DNA of 64,000 nucleotides from Paragordius varius (taxonomy: Eukaryota; Animalia; Nematomorpha), in contig OZ176054.1 in assembly GCA_964247055.1 (NCBI GenBank), positions 4,092,001-4,156,000 of the forward strand. The letters are read 5' to 3'. The notes below the pieces were generated by a model. That model was given only the letters and a program-made list of their open reading frames with translations, was not told where the DNA came from and ran no database searches. Both the position numbers and the translations under genes were made by a program. The first letter of the stretch is position 1, and each line of letters begins with the position of its first letter. Shown piece after piece: positions 1 through 12,900 of this stretch.

Positions 1-5
1 TATAC

Positions 6-1090
6 ATGTGTTTTATTGATTACAGACAAGCATTCGATTCAATTAACTATGACTCCTTGTGGGAAACATTAAAGTTAGTAGGGGTATCGTCTCACTTAAT
101 AAGATTGATTAGCTCTCTGTATGTAAAACAAAGAGCGATTATTAGAACACCAGCGGGGGACACAGACGAAATACCAATCTTGAAAGGAGTCAGACAAGGG
201 TGTTGCTTATCCCCTTATCTGTTCAATATGTGCACAGAAATGATAATGAGGAAGTTGGATGGTAAAAATATTGGAGTAAGAATAGGAGGGAGAACAATCA
301 ATAATTTAAGGTTTGCAGACGATACCACTCTTATAGCTGAAAGTGCAAATGATTTGAAGGAATTGATTGAAGAGATTCGAAAGGAAAGTTTGAGGTATGG
401 TCTTAGGCTTAATCCTAACAAAACCAAAATATTATGTACAGGAAAAAAGCCTACAATTATAATAGAAGGAGTAGAAATAGAAATAGTTAAACAGTTAACG
501 TTTTTGGGCGCAATAATTTCAGAGGATGGGTCTTCAACTCCTGACATGAGAAAGAGAATAGGATTGGGTAGAGAAGCGATGACCAAATTAATAAAGATTT
601 GGAAAAACAAAAGCGTAGGAGTTGAAACCAAAAAAAGATTACTCTACTGTTTCGTTCTCCCGGTCACCACATATGGATGTGAGAGTTGGACCCTCAAAAA
701 AAGGGACAAAGAAAGGCTCATGGCTTTTGAAAGGAGCTGCTGGCGTAGGATGCTAGGATACACCTGGAAGGATAAAATTAAGAATGAAAGTCTAACTACA
801 GAAATAAAACCTAAAACAAACATCATGGAGATAATTCTAAAAAGAAAGTTAACATATTTTGGTCATGTCATGCGATCGAATTCTCTGGAGAAAGATACAA
901 TGTTTGGGAAGGTAGAAGGGCAAAGGAAACGAGGCCGACCACCGATGAGGTGGTTGGATATGATAAAAGAAGAGACCAAAATGACACTGAAAGAGCTCAA
1001 TATAGCGGTTAAAGATAGAAAAAAATGGAAAGAAATAGTTAAAACTATATCCAAAAAGTCGTTTACGACTTAGGAAAAACCAACCAACCA
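6..1090 (+). mobile_element. RTE-clade non-LTR retrotransposon (family 1), 3' part: RT domain and C-terminus, inside a PRPF38B intron
   Basis: Uninterrupted ORF 6-1073 with RT motifs FIDYRQAFDS, GVRQGCCLSPYLF, LRFADD and the RTE-type C-terminus (YGCESW, YFGHVMR, GQRKRGRPPMRWLD). Short (CAAC)n tail at ~1078-1090. The 5' part lies outside the window. Confidence 0.92.
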
Positions 1091-1401
1091 AAATAATTGC
1101 AATCATCCCTTACTTCTATCTATAATAATTTTGTTAATGAATTTAAATTTTTAACAGCTACCTCTATACCTCTTATAAATTTGAATCTAATATTTCTTAT
1201 AAATTAATATAATTGAAAATATTAAATTAGCTAATATTGCCCAAAAAAATTGATAAAATATTTACAGTGTGTTCAATTGTTCTAAGAATCTCCAAATTTT
1301 AATATATGATACCATCTTATTCAACGGATAAAAAGAAAAAAAATAATCTAAACAATTAAAAGATACGAAAAAATAACGATTTGTTTTGACTTTCAAATAA
1401 G

Positions 1402-3670
1402 GAGATCGATGTTAAAGCTGGAGGCGGATGCACCATGAAAATTGGAGAAATGCTAAAAAGTTTTTTGACCAAATTAGAATGGTTTTCCACTTTGTTTCCT
1501 CGAATTCCTGTACCAGTAGCCACCAAGATAAATGATAAACTCGATAGGTAAGTTTCAACTTATATTTTTTTAAAGTTTAAATACCCATTTTTTAACAATG
1601 AATTCACTTTTTTTTACATGAAAAATGATCCAACTGTATTGATATTTTGTGAATGTGTATTACAATTAATATTTCTTTAATTTTAATTCTTGTTTGCTCA
1701 TAAATTTATACAAATTTCAATAAAAAATTAATTTTACTGGTATCTTTAGTGTTTCAAAATAACCAAATTCAAAACTGTATCAGCTAAAAGTTAATGCTTA
1801 ATCATTTTTACTCTAAGAAACTGGATATATATGAATTATAGTCTCTATCATAATATATCTTTAGATATGAAAAATCGTTACAAAAAGGAAATATTACAAC
1901 AAACGGTAAATATATTACATATTTCTTTTCCATATATTCCTCTAAAATATCTGATAATGCCATACTAATTTTTTTATAGTAACCATTTCTCTTGATAATT
2001 TGATATTTATTTGATGCAATTGCATATAAAGTATTTCATTATGGATTTAAAAATCTAAGGATAAATATGGTATTGATTGTATTTGCAATTTTCATTGACA
2101 TAGTTATTATATATAATATATATATATATATATAATATATTTAAGGGTAAATATAAAATTTTTACTGGTCTCCCTATTTATAAATATGCTTAATTACTTA
2201 GCCGTTTATTTTGACTAGTATTTAAAAAATGATTAGAGTTTTAAACCGATTTATCTTGTTATTATCAGATACTCACAAAAGACGTTCACCAAGTCCAAGG
2301 CCGAACCATGAGTCACATCATAGATCACCAAGTCCCAAACACAAAAAATCGTATTAATTTTACATATTTTTACTTACTTAATTAATTAGCATCACAATCA
2401 CACATGTATTTTACTTTTTAATCAGGTGTAACACTCGATTACCTTTTGGAGTAGTTTTATATCCCAGAGCCATTTGAAATTTGAATATCACAAAAAGTAT
2501 TTAACGTATTAAGCCAAATTTAAAAGTATGCTTCTTTAGTCTTTTAGCAACATTATACAATTTTTTTTAAAAAAATAAGTCCTCATCTCACACTTTTTTG
2601 CCGCCATTTTTTTCTATAATTTTTTTTAATCCTAAATGCAACGGGCAAATAAATGTATATTATGGTTAGAAAATGTAAATAATTAACTTTAATATCAGCT
2701 GTTCGTTTCAATCTTATTTTGGAGCTGGTCAAATTATAGACTCTAGAAGTCACAAAACTGTAAAAAGTATAAGCTTTTTTCTTAATACATATTAACAATG
2801 TTTGATAATTATATTTTAGCTAAATTAATCAAAACAGTAGTTTATCTACAAAATTAGGCTCTGGGATATTTCTAAAATGTAAATTAGGAAAAAAAAGATA
2901 AAAGGTAATGAAATGTTAATATTTCTCGCATATTTATTAAATTGGATATATGCAAATATTACGAAAATTTTTAATAAAATAAGGTGTATGAAAATGTGTA
3001 AAGACGGATTTTTATTTGCATTCACATACATTTTATCCAATTTCTAGCGATTGGCAAGGATGCTAGCATGTATCCCAATTATCTGACAAGATTTATCATA
3101 TAATTATTTTAATAAACTTTTTATTCGCTCGAAACTCTCTGAAATAATTACTTCTTGTATTTTTACAAACAAATGATTATTTATGTTTTAAGACATCATT
3201 CCGAAAATGACCGCCCATCAACCGTTCATAAGAGCACTGCCGAAATGAACAAAAAATCACCAGAACAAGCACTGAATCGTTCTACTCAGGAAGGATCTCC
3301 AAAGAACAACGCTCCTCCTCCTACTAGAGAATTAAGTCCCTTGTCTGAGCTCAAATGTTTGTTGGCGGCCAAAACCGTTCCACAAATTAGCAAATTTAAT
3401 CCATTACATGAATCCCATAAAAATAATAACAATATAAACAACACATCCCATGATAAAGATGATGCCACCACCAAATTAAACAAAGATAAAAAGAAGCGAA
3501 AAAAAGAAAAGAAACATAAAACTCACAAAAAAGAAAAGCATGACGATAAAAACGATAAAGACCAAAAAAATAGTTTAGCACACAACAATGATAATATAGT
3601 AAAAGATAGTAATGCAGTTCAACAACAACAAATTTCCATAGTTTCTAGCGATAAAATTTTGATTGAATAA
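1402..3670 (+). CDS. PRPF38B: Pre-mRNA splicing factor 38B, last coding exons: 1402-1547, 1865-1905, 2269-2350, 3193-3670 (5' exons are upstream of the window)
   Basis: Exon 1402-1547 encodes EIDVKAGGGCTMKIGEMLKSFLTKLEWFSTLFPRIPVP, matching the recalled PRPF38B C-terminal PRP38 motif. GT-AG boundaries are phase-compatible and lead into RSPSP repeats and a Lys/His-rich tail. The join to 3193-3670 is inferred; an in-frame TAA at 2355-2357 would give a shorter alternative end. Confidence 0.8.
2570..2830. repeat. Dispersed AT-rich repeat (MITE-like), with related copies at ~44570-44790 and ~45700-45960
   Basis: Shared blocks such as ctttttgccgccattttttt, taatgcaac-ggcaaa, gttagaaaat-taaa and ctctagaagtca recur at the three loci. 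Confidence 0.7.
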
Positions 3671-3697
3671 ATGAGAAAATAAAATAATTGTATATAT

Positions 3698-6600
3698 TTA
3701 AGTAACTAAGTTTTTATTGAAATATTTGTTTCTAAAATCATTTAAAAACGTAAAATCATATTCATGTTTTTTGAGTATAATTGGATCGATAGTGTTATTG
3801 TTTCTCTGCATACATACCAAATATCGACCGATACGTTGACCAAACATATATTGATAATCACAACTGATTAAATTGAGGTATGAATGCTCTGTTAGAGCAT
3901 TGCTCAATTTAGGTGGTAATTTATCTATGTTAGCACTTTGATTTTCATTATCGAATATATATGGAAGCCAAAAAACCAGGTAACCATTATTTTTTAAGAG
4001 ACGAGATGCAAGATGCAATAAACTGCAGTATATAACATTAGGATTAATATTGGTATTATTTTGGTCATGATCATCATCCTCAGAAGCGTTGGTCGCTTCT
4101 ATAAAATTATTGCCAATGGGTTGTATTTGCACATTTTTCTTATTACCATAACCTTCCCGAACCCCATAAGGGGGATCAGTTACAATGCAATCGAAAATAC
4201 CGGTCTGAGTCATTTGTAAAAGAGTTACGTCACACAGCACGATATCAATCAGGTACTTTTGCAGTTGATATTGTTGGAAATTAGAATAAATAATATCTTT
4301 ATCGCTTTTCCATTTTTGATTATGACGGCTCGATTTACCTTGATTTCAAAGATAATCATAAACAACATAATTCTGTTTCATAAGAAGTTTTTAAATACTT
4401 TAAAATAATAACGGCTTTTTCATGCATACACGGTTAGAGGTTAGAACTAGTAGCAAAATGTTTTTAGCGTTGTCTTAAATGAAAATAAAATTGTATGAGT
4501 AACGTCTAAGGTTTTTTTTGTTTTACTATATTTTAATTTAATTTTTAAATAACTCATGACGATGCATTTGTGGGAATATTGATAATTTTTATTTTCATCT
4601 TCATTTACGTCTCGTACAATCACATTTTAATTAATTTATAAAAATATAACAAAATGTATCATCATATTACAGTATGCATTTTAATGTATGTTAAGTAATT
4701 TTATTGCCAGTCAAATAACATAAATGGTCTATCTAATGCGTAAAATCTGATCCACAAAATTATCACTTATGAAAGAGGATTCACGTTAGAATTAACATAG
4801 GCTCTAATTTGATGGATATTTTGTAATGTTAAATTTTAAGAATATTATAGCAATTCATGTTAACATTTGAAATATTGTTGTTACGTATTTAGATGCGGAA
4901 TTTTGTGAGTTTTTATCTTTAATAAAGTAATAAATAGTAAAAAGGAATTTTAAGATTATTTATGTTAATTATACCTAATTAAATTTAATATTAATATTTT
5001 TCAACATGATAAATACCTGTATTAATCAAAATTGGTATTATTATTTTATATAGTTGTTATGACTAATCAAAAAAACACAGGTAAATATATATTTGTGAAA
5101 ATTTAAGTAAATTTTCGATTTTTTTTGTTTTTTATGCTTTGCATTGTTGATTATTAATAATTTTAACAAGTGCGGACATTTTAATCAAGTAAAAATTGCG
5201 GTTTCTGATAAATTTAGTCAAATTTAGTTTTTTATTTGACATTGTTAATTGTAATTAATTACTACATATTTTGGACATTTTAATAAATACAGTTAAAAAT
5301 TGCGGGTTTTAATAGAGTTTAATTTTTTTGTATTTTTATTTAACATTGTTATTTGCAATTAATTACTACATATTTTGGACATTTTAATAAATACAGGTAA
5401 AAATTGCGGTTTTTAATAAATTTAGACAAATTTAATTTTTTTTCTTTTTAATTTTGTTAATTATAAATAATTTTTATGACATACTATAATAAGAGAGGTA
5501 AAAACACTCAGATTTAAGAATTTTTGTTTTTTCTGTATTGCCTTGTTAATTTTAATAGTAATTTTAAAATATTTTTGTTATAATTATGAAAACAGGTAAA
5601 AGTATTTGAATGTGAGAAATTTTTTAATTTTTTAGGTGTTGCATTGTTAATTATTAAAATTTATTTTTGTTAAGACAGGCAAAAATATTTTAGTTTAAGA
5701 AAATTTATGTATTTACAATTTGTTTGTTTTGCATTTTAATAATTCCTGTTTTAATATTTTTGACATACAATTAAAGTCAGGTAAAAGTCAATATTTTTCG
5801 GTTTTATATGTAATTATAAATACCCTCCATAAAAATAAACTATATTCAACATAAAGCATCGCAGTATAGAAGCAAAAATATATTTTAATTAAAAATTTTA
5901 GAGGTTTAAAAGATTGCTACTAATTAAATCAAACAAAATATACTCAACCAATATTTCTCAATCACCCTCTATAATTATTCAAAAGCTATGAACAATAAGG
6001 GTATAATTTTTAATTATAGATAAATTTATTTATATATAAATGTATTATCATAATATAGATCACAAATTAAAGTTGGAAGCATTATTTGAAATTAGCACTC
6101 TTATTGATATTAATACAGGTAATTTTGATGATTCTAATATTGATATACGATGCGGTGTGTGTTCATGGTGACCATAACTTAGGTTAAGGAATATCATGAG
6201 ATACCAAAAAATCACTAGGAAATGTAAGTAATCCTGAAAACAATCAACATCATTTTCTGGGATGATTATATCAACTAAAATATAAGATAGAAACGTATTT
6301 GATTAAAGTATTAAAAAAATAATACCTGGATTCTCCAAGTATTTTCAACATAATTTAAAATATTGGAGGCTAAAACATCCAAAGTTTGAAAGGGGACTAA
6401 ATAAGGTTGACCTAGCTTTTAACAACTAAATTTGCAAAAAAATATTTTCTTCATGATAAAAAATTCAAAAATGATATTTTATTTTTTAAATCTGCGTTCA
6501 CGTTCTACCATCCTAAACTAAATATGAAAAACTATTCTTCACCAAAGCAAACAATGTTAGTTTGCATGCTTAGTTTTTGGAGTGCTGTTGCATTCAAAGC

Positions 6601-9600
6601 TTTTGAAAAAAAATATTTGTTTCTATTTGAGGTCATTGGTGATATCAATAAGCCTTTTTATAATTTTTTAAAATTTGGCTGGTAGAAAGAAAACGCAAAA
6701 ACATAAAATATCATTTTTGCACTTTTTATCATAAAGAAAATATTTTTTTGCAAATTAGTTGTTAAAAAGCCAGGTCAACCTTATTTAGTCCCTTTTCAAA
6801 CTTTGGATGTTTTAGCCCCCAATATTTTAAATTATGTTGAAAATACTTGGAGAATCCAGGTATTAATTTTCTAATATTTTAATCAACTACGTTTCTATCT
6901 TATATTTTAGTTGATATAATCATCCCAGAAAATGATGTTGATTGTAATTTTCTGGATTATTTACATTTCTTAGTGGTTTTTTGGTAATTCATGATATTCC
7001 TTTATCTAAGTTATGATCACCATGACCGCACACAGTCGTATATCAATATTAGAATCATCAAAATTACCTGTATTAATATCAATAAGAATTCTATTTTCAA
7101 ACAATGCTTCCAACATTAATTTGTGATCTATATTATGATAATACATTTATATATAAATAAATTTATCTATTAAAAATTATTCCCTTATTGTTCATAGCTT
7201 TTGAATATCTTATAGAGGGTGATTAAAAATATCGGTTGAGTATATTTTGTGTGATTTAATTAGTAATAATCTTTTAAACCTCAAAAATTGATTAAAATAT
7301 AGTTTTGCATCTATACTGCGATGCTTTATGTGAATATAGATTATTTTTATGGAGGGTATTTATAATTAGATATAAAACCGAAAAACATTGACTTTTACCT
7401 GACTTTATTATTGTATGTCAAAAATATAAAAAAAATTAATAATTAAAAATGAAAACCCTAAAAAACAAATTGTAAATACGAAAATTTTCTTAAACTAATA
7501 CATTTTTACCTGTATTTATTAATATATCAAAAATATTTGAATAATATTTAACAATGCAATACCTAAAAAATAATAAAAAAATTATCTCGCCCAAATATTT
7601 TCTGTTTTAATTATAACAAAAATATTTTAAAATTATTATTAAAATTAACAATCAATACAGAAAAAACAAAAATTCTTAAATCTGAGTGTTTTTACCTGTC
7701 TTATTATAGTATGTCAAAAAAAATTATTTATAATTAACAAAATTAAAAAAAAGAAAAAAATTAAATTTGTCTAAATTTATTAAAAACCGCAATTTTACCT
7801 GTATTTATTAAAATGTCAAAAATATGTAGTAAATAATTACAATAGATAATGTTAAATAAAAAAACAAAAAAATTAAACTCTATTAAAAACCGCAATTTTT
7901 ACCCGTATTTATTAAAATGTCCAAAATATGTAGTAATTAATTACAATTAACAATGTCAAATAAAAAAACAAAAAAAAATTAAATTTGACTAAATTTATAA
8001 AAACCGCAATTTTTACTTGATTAAAATGTCCGCAATAGTTAAAAATTATTAATAATCAACAATGCAAAACATAAAAAACAAAAAATCTAAAATTTACTGA
8101 AATTTTCACAAATAATTATTTACCTGTGTTTTTAATTAGTAATGACAACTATTTAAATTAATAATACCAATTTTGATTAATACAGGTATTTATCATGTTG
8201 AAAAATATTTTAAATTTAATTAGGTATAATTAACATAAATAATCCTAAAATTCCTATTTTACTATTTATTAATTTATTAAAGATAAAAACCCACAAAATT
8301 CCGCATCTAAATACGTAACAACAATATTTCAAATGTTAACATAAATTGCTATAATATTCTCAAAATTTAACATTACAAAATATCCATCAAATTAAAGCCT
8401 ATGTTAATTCTCACGTCATTTCTCTTTCTACGTGTACTACGAAATAATTTTGTGGATCAGTATTTTACGCATTAGATAAACCATTTATGTTATTTGACTG
8501 GCAATAAAATTACTTAACATACATTAAAATGCATACTGTATATGAGAAATGGTAATTTTTTAGACTCTTTATAAAACGGCCGCAGTTACGAATATATTTT
8601 TAATCGGTTAAACCGAACCCCAATCAAAAGCGAAGAAAATCAAAAAATATTAAAAAAATATACCATAACCCATCAAAGTTTGTTCATTAATATCACAACC
8701 AAATACATAGGCTTTATAGGTCGCAGCACTAATCAGATTACTGGCTATAATTATAAAATATATTTTAATTAATTTACAGTTTTTTTTATAAAAACGTCAA
8801 AATGATCATTATACAGAGAGTATAATATGGCAAACACTAATTGTTTAATATTAGTGTTTGGTATATGAACCAAATATTACAAGATATTTTTACCTTATTA
8901 ATAGATATAATGGCTAATAGATGTAACATTAAGGCTAAATCGAACGTTATGCATTACAATTATAAATATGCGTTGAAACATGATATATTATCTTAAAATA
9001 CCGTAGCTTACGTAAAAAAGCGTAAGAACAACAAGTTTATAGTAGCAAAAATGCATCGGATAAATGATGGTCACAGTTTATGCTAATTTAAAAATTACCA
9101 GTCCCGACAAAGGGGTCAAATACCAAATCGTTTGGCTTAATTTGAGCAATATTCGCTAATAAAAAAGCTAGTTTCGGATTCATAGTGGTATTCCCAATAT
9201 AAGTTCGATTCGGCAAATTATATTTGGGTAATTGCACTCGAAAACTTTCACAAATCTAAAGTTGTCAAAGGGAAAAATACCTGTTTTCCAAAAAAGTACT
9301 TAATAGACGCTTTTTCATATACTTCGATCCAATTAAATAATAATTCTGGCGAAGAAAGATCTACCTTTCCAAACAATGGCAAAAAGCTTAGAGACTTTTA
9401 TTGATTACAAATAAAAAACCTCTATTATCAATATTTTCTCATCCTGAGATAATCTCTTATTAATCCCGAATACATCAAATTTAAATGACGCGTCCTTAAA
9501 ACAATGCTAAAATTTTAATTATATTATTAGATTACGAATTCTTGCGACTTAAGTTTCAATTTTTCAACCAAATCCCATCTTGATTCCGAACCAGCAAATA

Positions 9601-9892
9601 TCTCTAAAGCAAACCAATAATTTAAATAAGTATATACTTTATTAATACAGAACGTTCAACAATATTTCTAACCTGGGCCTCAAATGCTTCAACTATAACG
9701 TAGGAATCCTAAGAATTTGAGTAAATAGTACTTTAAATGAGGAGCAGGTTTTTATATTTTTAAATGAGAACAACGATTTTAATGCCGAAAATTCCTTGAA
9801 AAATATATAATTTATAACTAAACTGTTTTTCTAAATTCAATATTTTCGTGTGCATATACAAGTAAAAATTTTGAAATTTTTTGGTACACCAT
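3698..9892 (-). CDS. TRMT11: tRNA (guanine-10-N2)-methyltransferase TRM11 homolog, 9 exons: 9892-9824, 9794-9732, 9708-9638, 9614-9536, 9506-9420, 9394-9281, 9255-9099, 8744-8664, 4338-3698
   Basis: The spliced product contains FLLVYAHENIEFR, FLPLFGKVDL, YIGNTTMNPKLAFLLAN, VFDPFVGT, YVFGCDI, HNQKW, IVTDPPYGVRE and GYLVFWLP, collinear with recalled TRMT11. Introns measure 29, 23, 23, 29, 25, 25, 354 and 4325 nt; the third needs a TG acceptor. Confidence 0.93.
4670..8538. mobile_element. Foldback-type non-autonomous DNA element: ~3.87-kb imperfect palindrome in TRMT11 intron 8
   Basis: Ends read TA|CAGTATGCATTTTAATG...CATTAAAATGCATACTG|TA (TA duplication and CAGT termini, Tc1/mariner-like). 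The arms are reverse complements up to ~6520/6670. Internal ~100-bp tandem subrepeats occur at ~5150-5760 and are mirrored at ~7440-8100. No ORF. Confidence 0.85.
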
Positions 9893-9927
9893 ATGATTCA
9901 AAAAATTGTAAAATTTTGCCGCTAAAA
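9893..9927. promoter_or_regulatory. 35-bp spacer between the divergent start codons of TRMT11 and STAG (putative bidirectional promoter or overlapping 5' UTRs)
   Basis: TRMT11 ATG at 9892-9890 (-) and STAG ATG at 9928-9930 (+). The spacer contains TTTGCCGC, which fits the E2F consensus TTTSSCGC. Confidence 0.55.
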
Positions 9928-12900
9928 ATGGATACTCATCAAACCAGGTACAAGAAAAAACAAGCTATGGAAGGGGAGGAACTTGATAATGGGTATAAAT
10001 AAAATTTAACTTTATAGGGACTCTACTAAAATTAAAAAGAAACTTAAAGAAGTATTTAGTTAACGTAATTATATAAAGGAAAAAACAAAATCTATAAACA
10101 AGCAGGGTCCAGGCCGACCTCGAAAAAATGTAATAACCAACCAATCATCCCTGATTGATATAATTATTAATGGAAGAGCATCTTACCAAGTTTTTATATA
10201 AATAATTTTTAAGGGTGTCGTTGATGAATGGATTGAGGAATATAAAAAGGATAAAATTGCCGCAATTCGCATCCTTATGCAACTTTTTATAGATGCATCT
10301 GGTTGCAAGGGAAAAATAACACCTGAAATACAAAATACTATGGAACATTCCGAAATTATAAGGAAAATGACGGAGCAATTTGATGAGGTTTAAATGTTCA
10401 TTGTTATTTTTATCCATATATTAACACTTTATTATTCTATTTTAAATTTATATTAAAAAAGGATATACTATAATATAATTTTCCCCGGGAAAAATATAGA
10501 AGCCCTTAAACTGACCGATTCTGGATAAACTTTTTAAAATATTGCTTGTAACAATTTTTGCAGATTTAAAAAAATATTTATCATCACGGAGTTGGAAATG
10601 AAGACACTTTTATTGACATTTCATTAACTATTCATGTTTTGCAGACGATTATAAAATTTAATTATCATATATTTTTCTGCTTTAGATAAACCTTATATTT
10701 TTCTCAATTTTTTAATTTCTAGAATCCGAAATTCGGATATTTCAAACTCATTAATACAAACAGCTGATTAGAATCAATAAATATTTGTAATTTTCCGCTT
10801 TTTATTTGAAATCTTTCTATTAATTATTAGCATTTTTAACCATAAAATACATTTATTTCTGTTGTCGATTTCAAAAAAATCTAAAGGAAAAATAGCGGCA
10901 ACGTTTGCAATAATTTTTTAGAATTTTCCATTTTTTATAAAAATCTAGACTATATGGCGAAACGGCTAGGGAACATATTTTTATTTCGGCTCAATATTTT
11001 AAAAAATATTTAAGATATTTGAATATCGTTCGGTACAAAACTACTTGAAAAGTAATGAAGTGTAAAGTAAATCGGAAAATACAGGTGACTGCTCACAGAT
11101 TTTTAGTTTTTTCCTTTATGTGCACCTTGACTCCAAAATGTATTTCAAAAACATTAAAATTAAAAATATTATAAATTTGGCATAATACAGCAAAAAATCA
11201 AATTATACGGACAAAACATAAAAATATAAAGACAATTTTTTCGATACCATTTTTTTACTTTGCATTTTAAAAAAATGAGTTTTATTTAAAAAGTCGTCTT
11301 TTAGGAAAAAATATTTGCCTATATATTTTTTACGTTTTGTCTTTAAACTTTGGTTTTTGTTAATTTATTTTAGGACAACGCTGATTACCCCTTGGTAGCT
11401 GGTGGGATACATAAAAGATTTCGAACAAATTTTGCCGATTTCATTCAAACGCTCATTAAACAGTGTCAATTTAGCATAATTTTTGATCCTTATATAATTG
11501 ATAACATTTTGCACTTTTTGATTGGATTGGCGGATTCCCAGGTCCGTGCATTTAGGCACACTTCCACGTTTGCAGGTTTATAAAAAAATTTTATGTTAAT
11601 CAATCGATCAATTCAAATACCGCTTAAAAAGTAGTGATGAATTCTTTGGATAATTATTGTTTAACATTAAATTAATATAATGGTATAAAATAATAAAATA
11701 TGTAGTTACCTTCGTTGTTTTGTTTCCATAGTTTTACATTATTTTATCCTTTTTGTTATTAAGATATTATTTTACAACTATTTATTTATGGACGTAATTA
11801 ATGGTTACTCAAGGAAATAACATACCTATATAAGGAACAATAATAATTATTTATTTAATTCATTAAGCAATCAATAATTTTGTAATACACTCTCCGGCAA
11901 AAATGGGAATTATAAATCATATTCAGTGCCGAAATGTTAAATACGGTTAAAACTTTAGAAAAAAGGTTTTATTTTCCTGCTAGTAGCCGAACAAAAAATC
12001 GTCCATTAGATTATAACAATATAGATAAACGCCTCATTAAATTTAATTTGTTAGTATGCAACTAATCGCAAATATCGAATAAAGATTATACTGATTCTAG
12101 AAACTACAAAAATTATCTCCAAAAAATCCCATGATAGTGGCAAAAGCAAAAGACTTGCTATCATGTGGAAGATTATTTTTATTTTATTATATAGTTTACC
12201 CAATATATCGCATTCAAAAATGATTTACCTTTTATAAAAAAATAATTTTTTGATTTGTCCCAAAGCTGAAGTAGCGTATAATTCTTACAAAATATCCAAT
12301 ATATTTCATATATACCATTTCCATACAATTCGAGGCAGAAAAATATCTAGTTTTTAATTTAAAGAGTTTTATGCCCAAAAGCCCGAACAATAGCCAAAAT
12401 GGCGCCAAAAAATTTGATCAGCATTTCCGGGTAAAAAAATTCTTTAAAACCAAAAACTGAAATAAACTTCAACTTCCTAGCTATCTTTTATTAAAAAGTT
12501 TTCGTGTTCAATATTAAACAGTGAGAGATCTTGGGTTAACTGTTTAAACCATGAGAGTTTAGGGTGCAATTAGGGCCCGGTATGTTAATCCAATTATCGG
12601 AAATTATGCGTTAAATATGTCCGTAATACCATAAGGTGTTGCGTTGAATGAAGAGAGATATGGGTGTTTCTTTGAAGGCATTATTAAGATTGTTGTTGCA
12701 AATTTAAGCATGTGATTTTCAGCTATAGTAATCCTATTTAAGTTTACTCTAAGGCCCATTTCTGTAGCGCATGTCATATCAGGTTTTATCCCCATTTTGT
12801 AAATTTTTATCATATGTTTCGGTTTAATATTTTTATTTGTAAAAATATGTTTTAGTTAGTTGATTAGATTTAGCCCATTTTTGTCGGATTCTATGACAAA

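Noticed and set aside
215-1106. Minus-strand ORFs over RTE family 1, and similar antisense ORFs at 47710-49204 and 59418-61437
   Set aside because: They are shadow frames opposite real RT coding sequence, with no independent motifs.
3155-3670. Stand-alone 171-aa Lys-rich gene
   Set aside because: The ORF start is a non-ATG call in intron-like sequence; an acceptor at 3192 is phase-compatible with PRPF38B, which better explains it as the last exon.
4670-8538. Palindrome as an amplification or long-read foldback artefact
   Set aside because: The arms differ by many substitutions and indels and end in TA-flanked transposon-like termini; chimeric artefacts would give near-identical arms.
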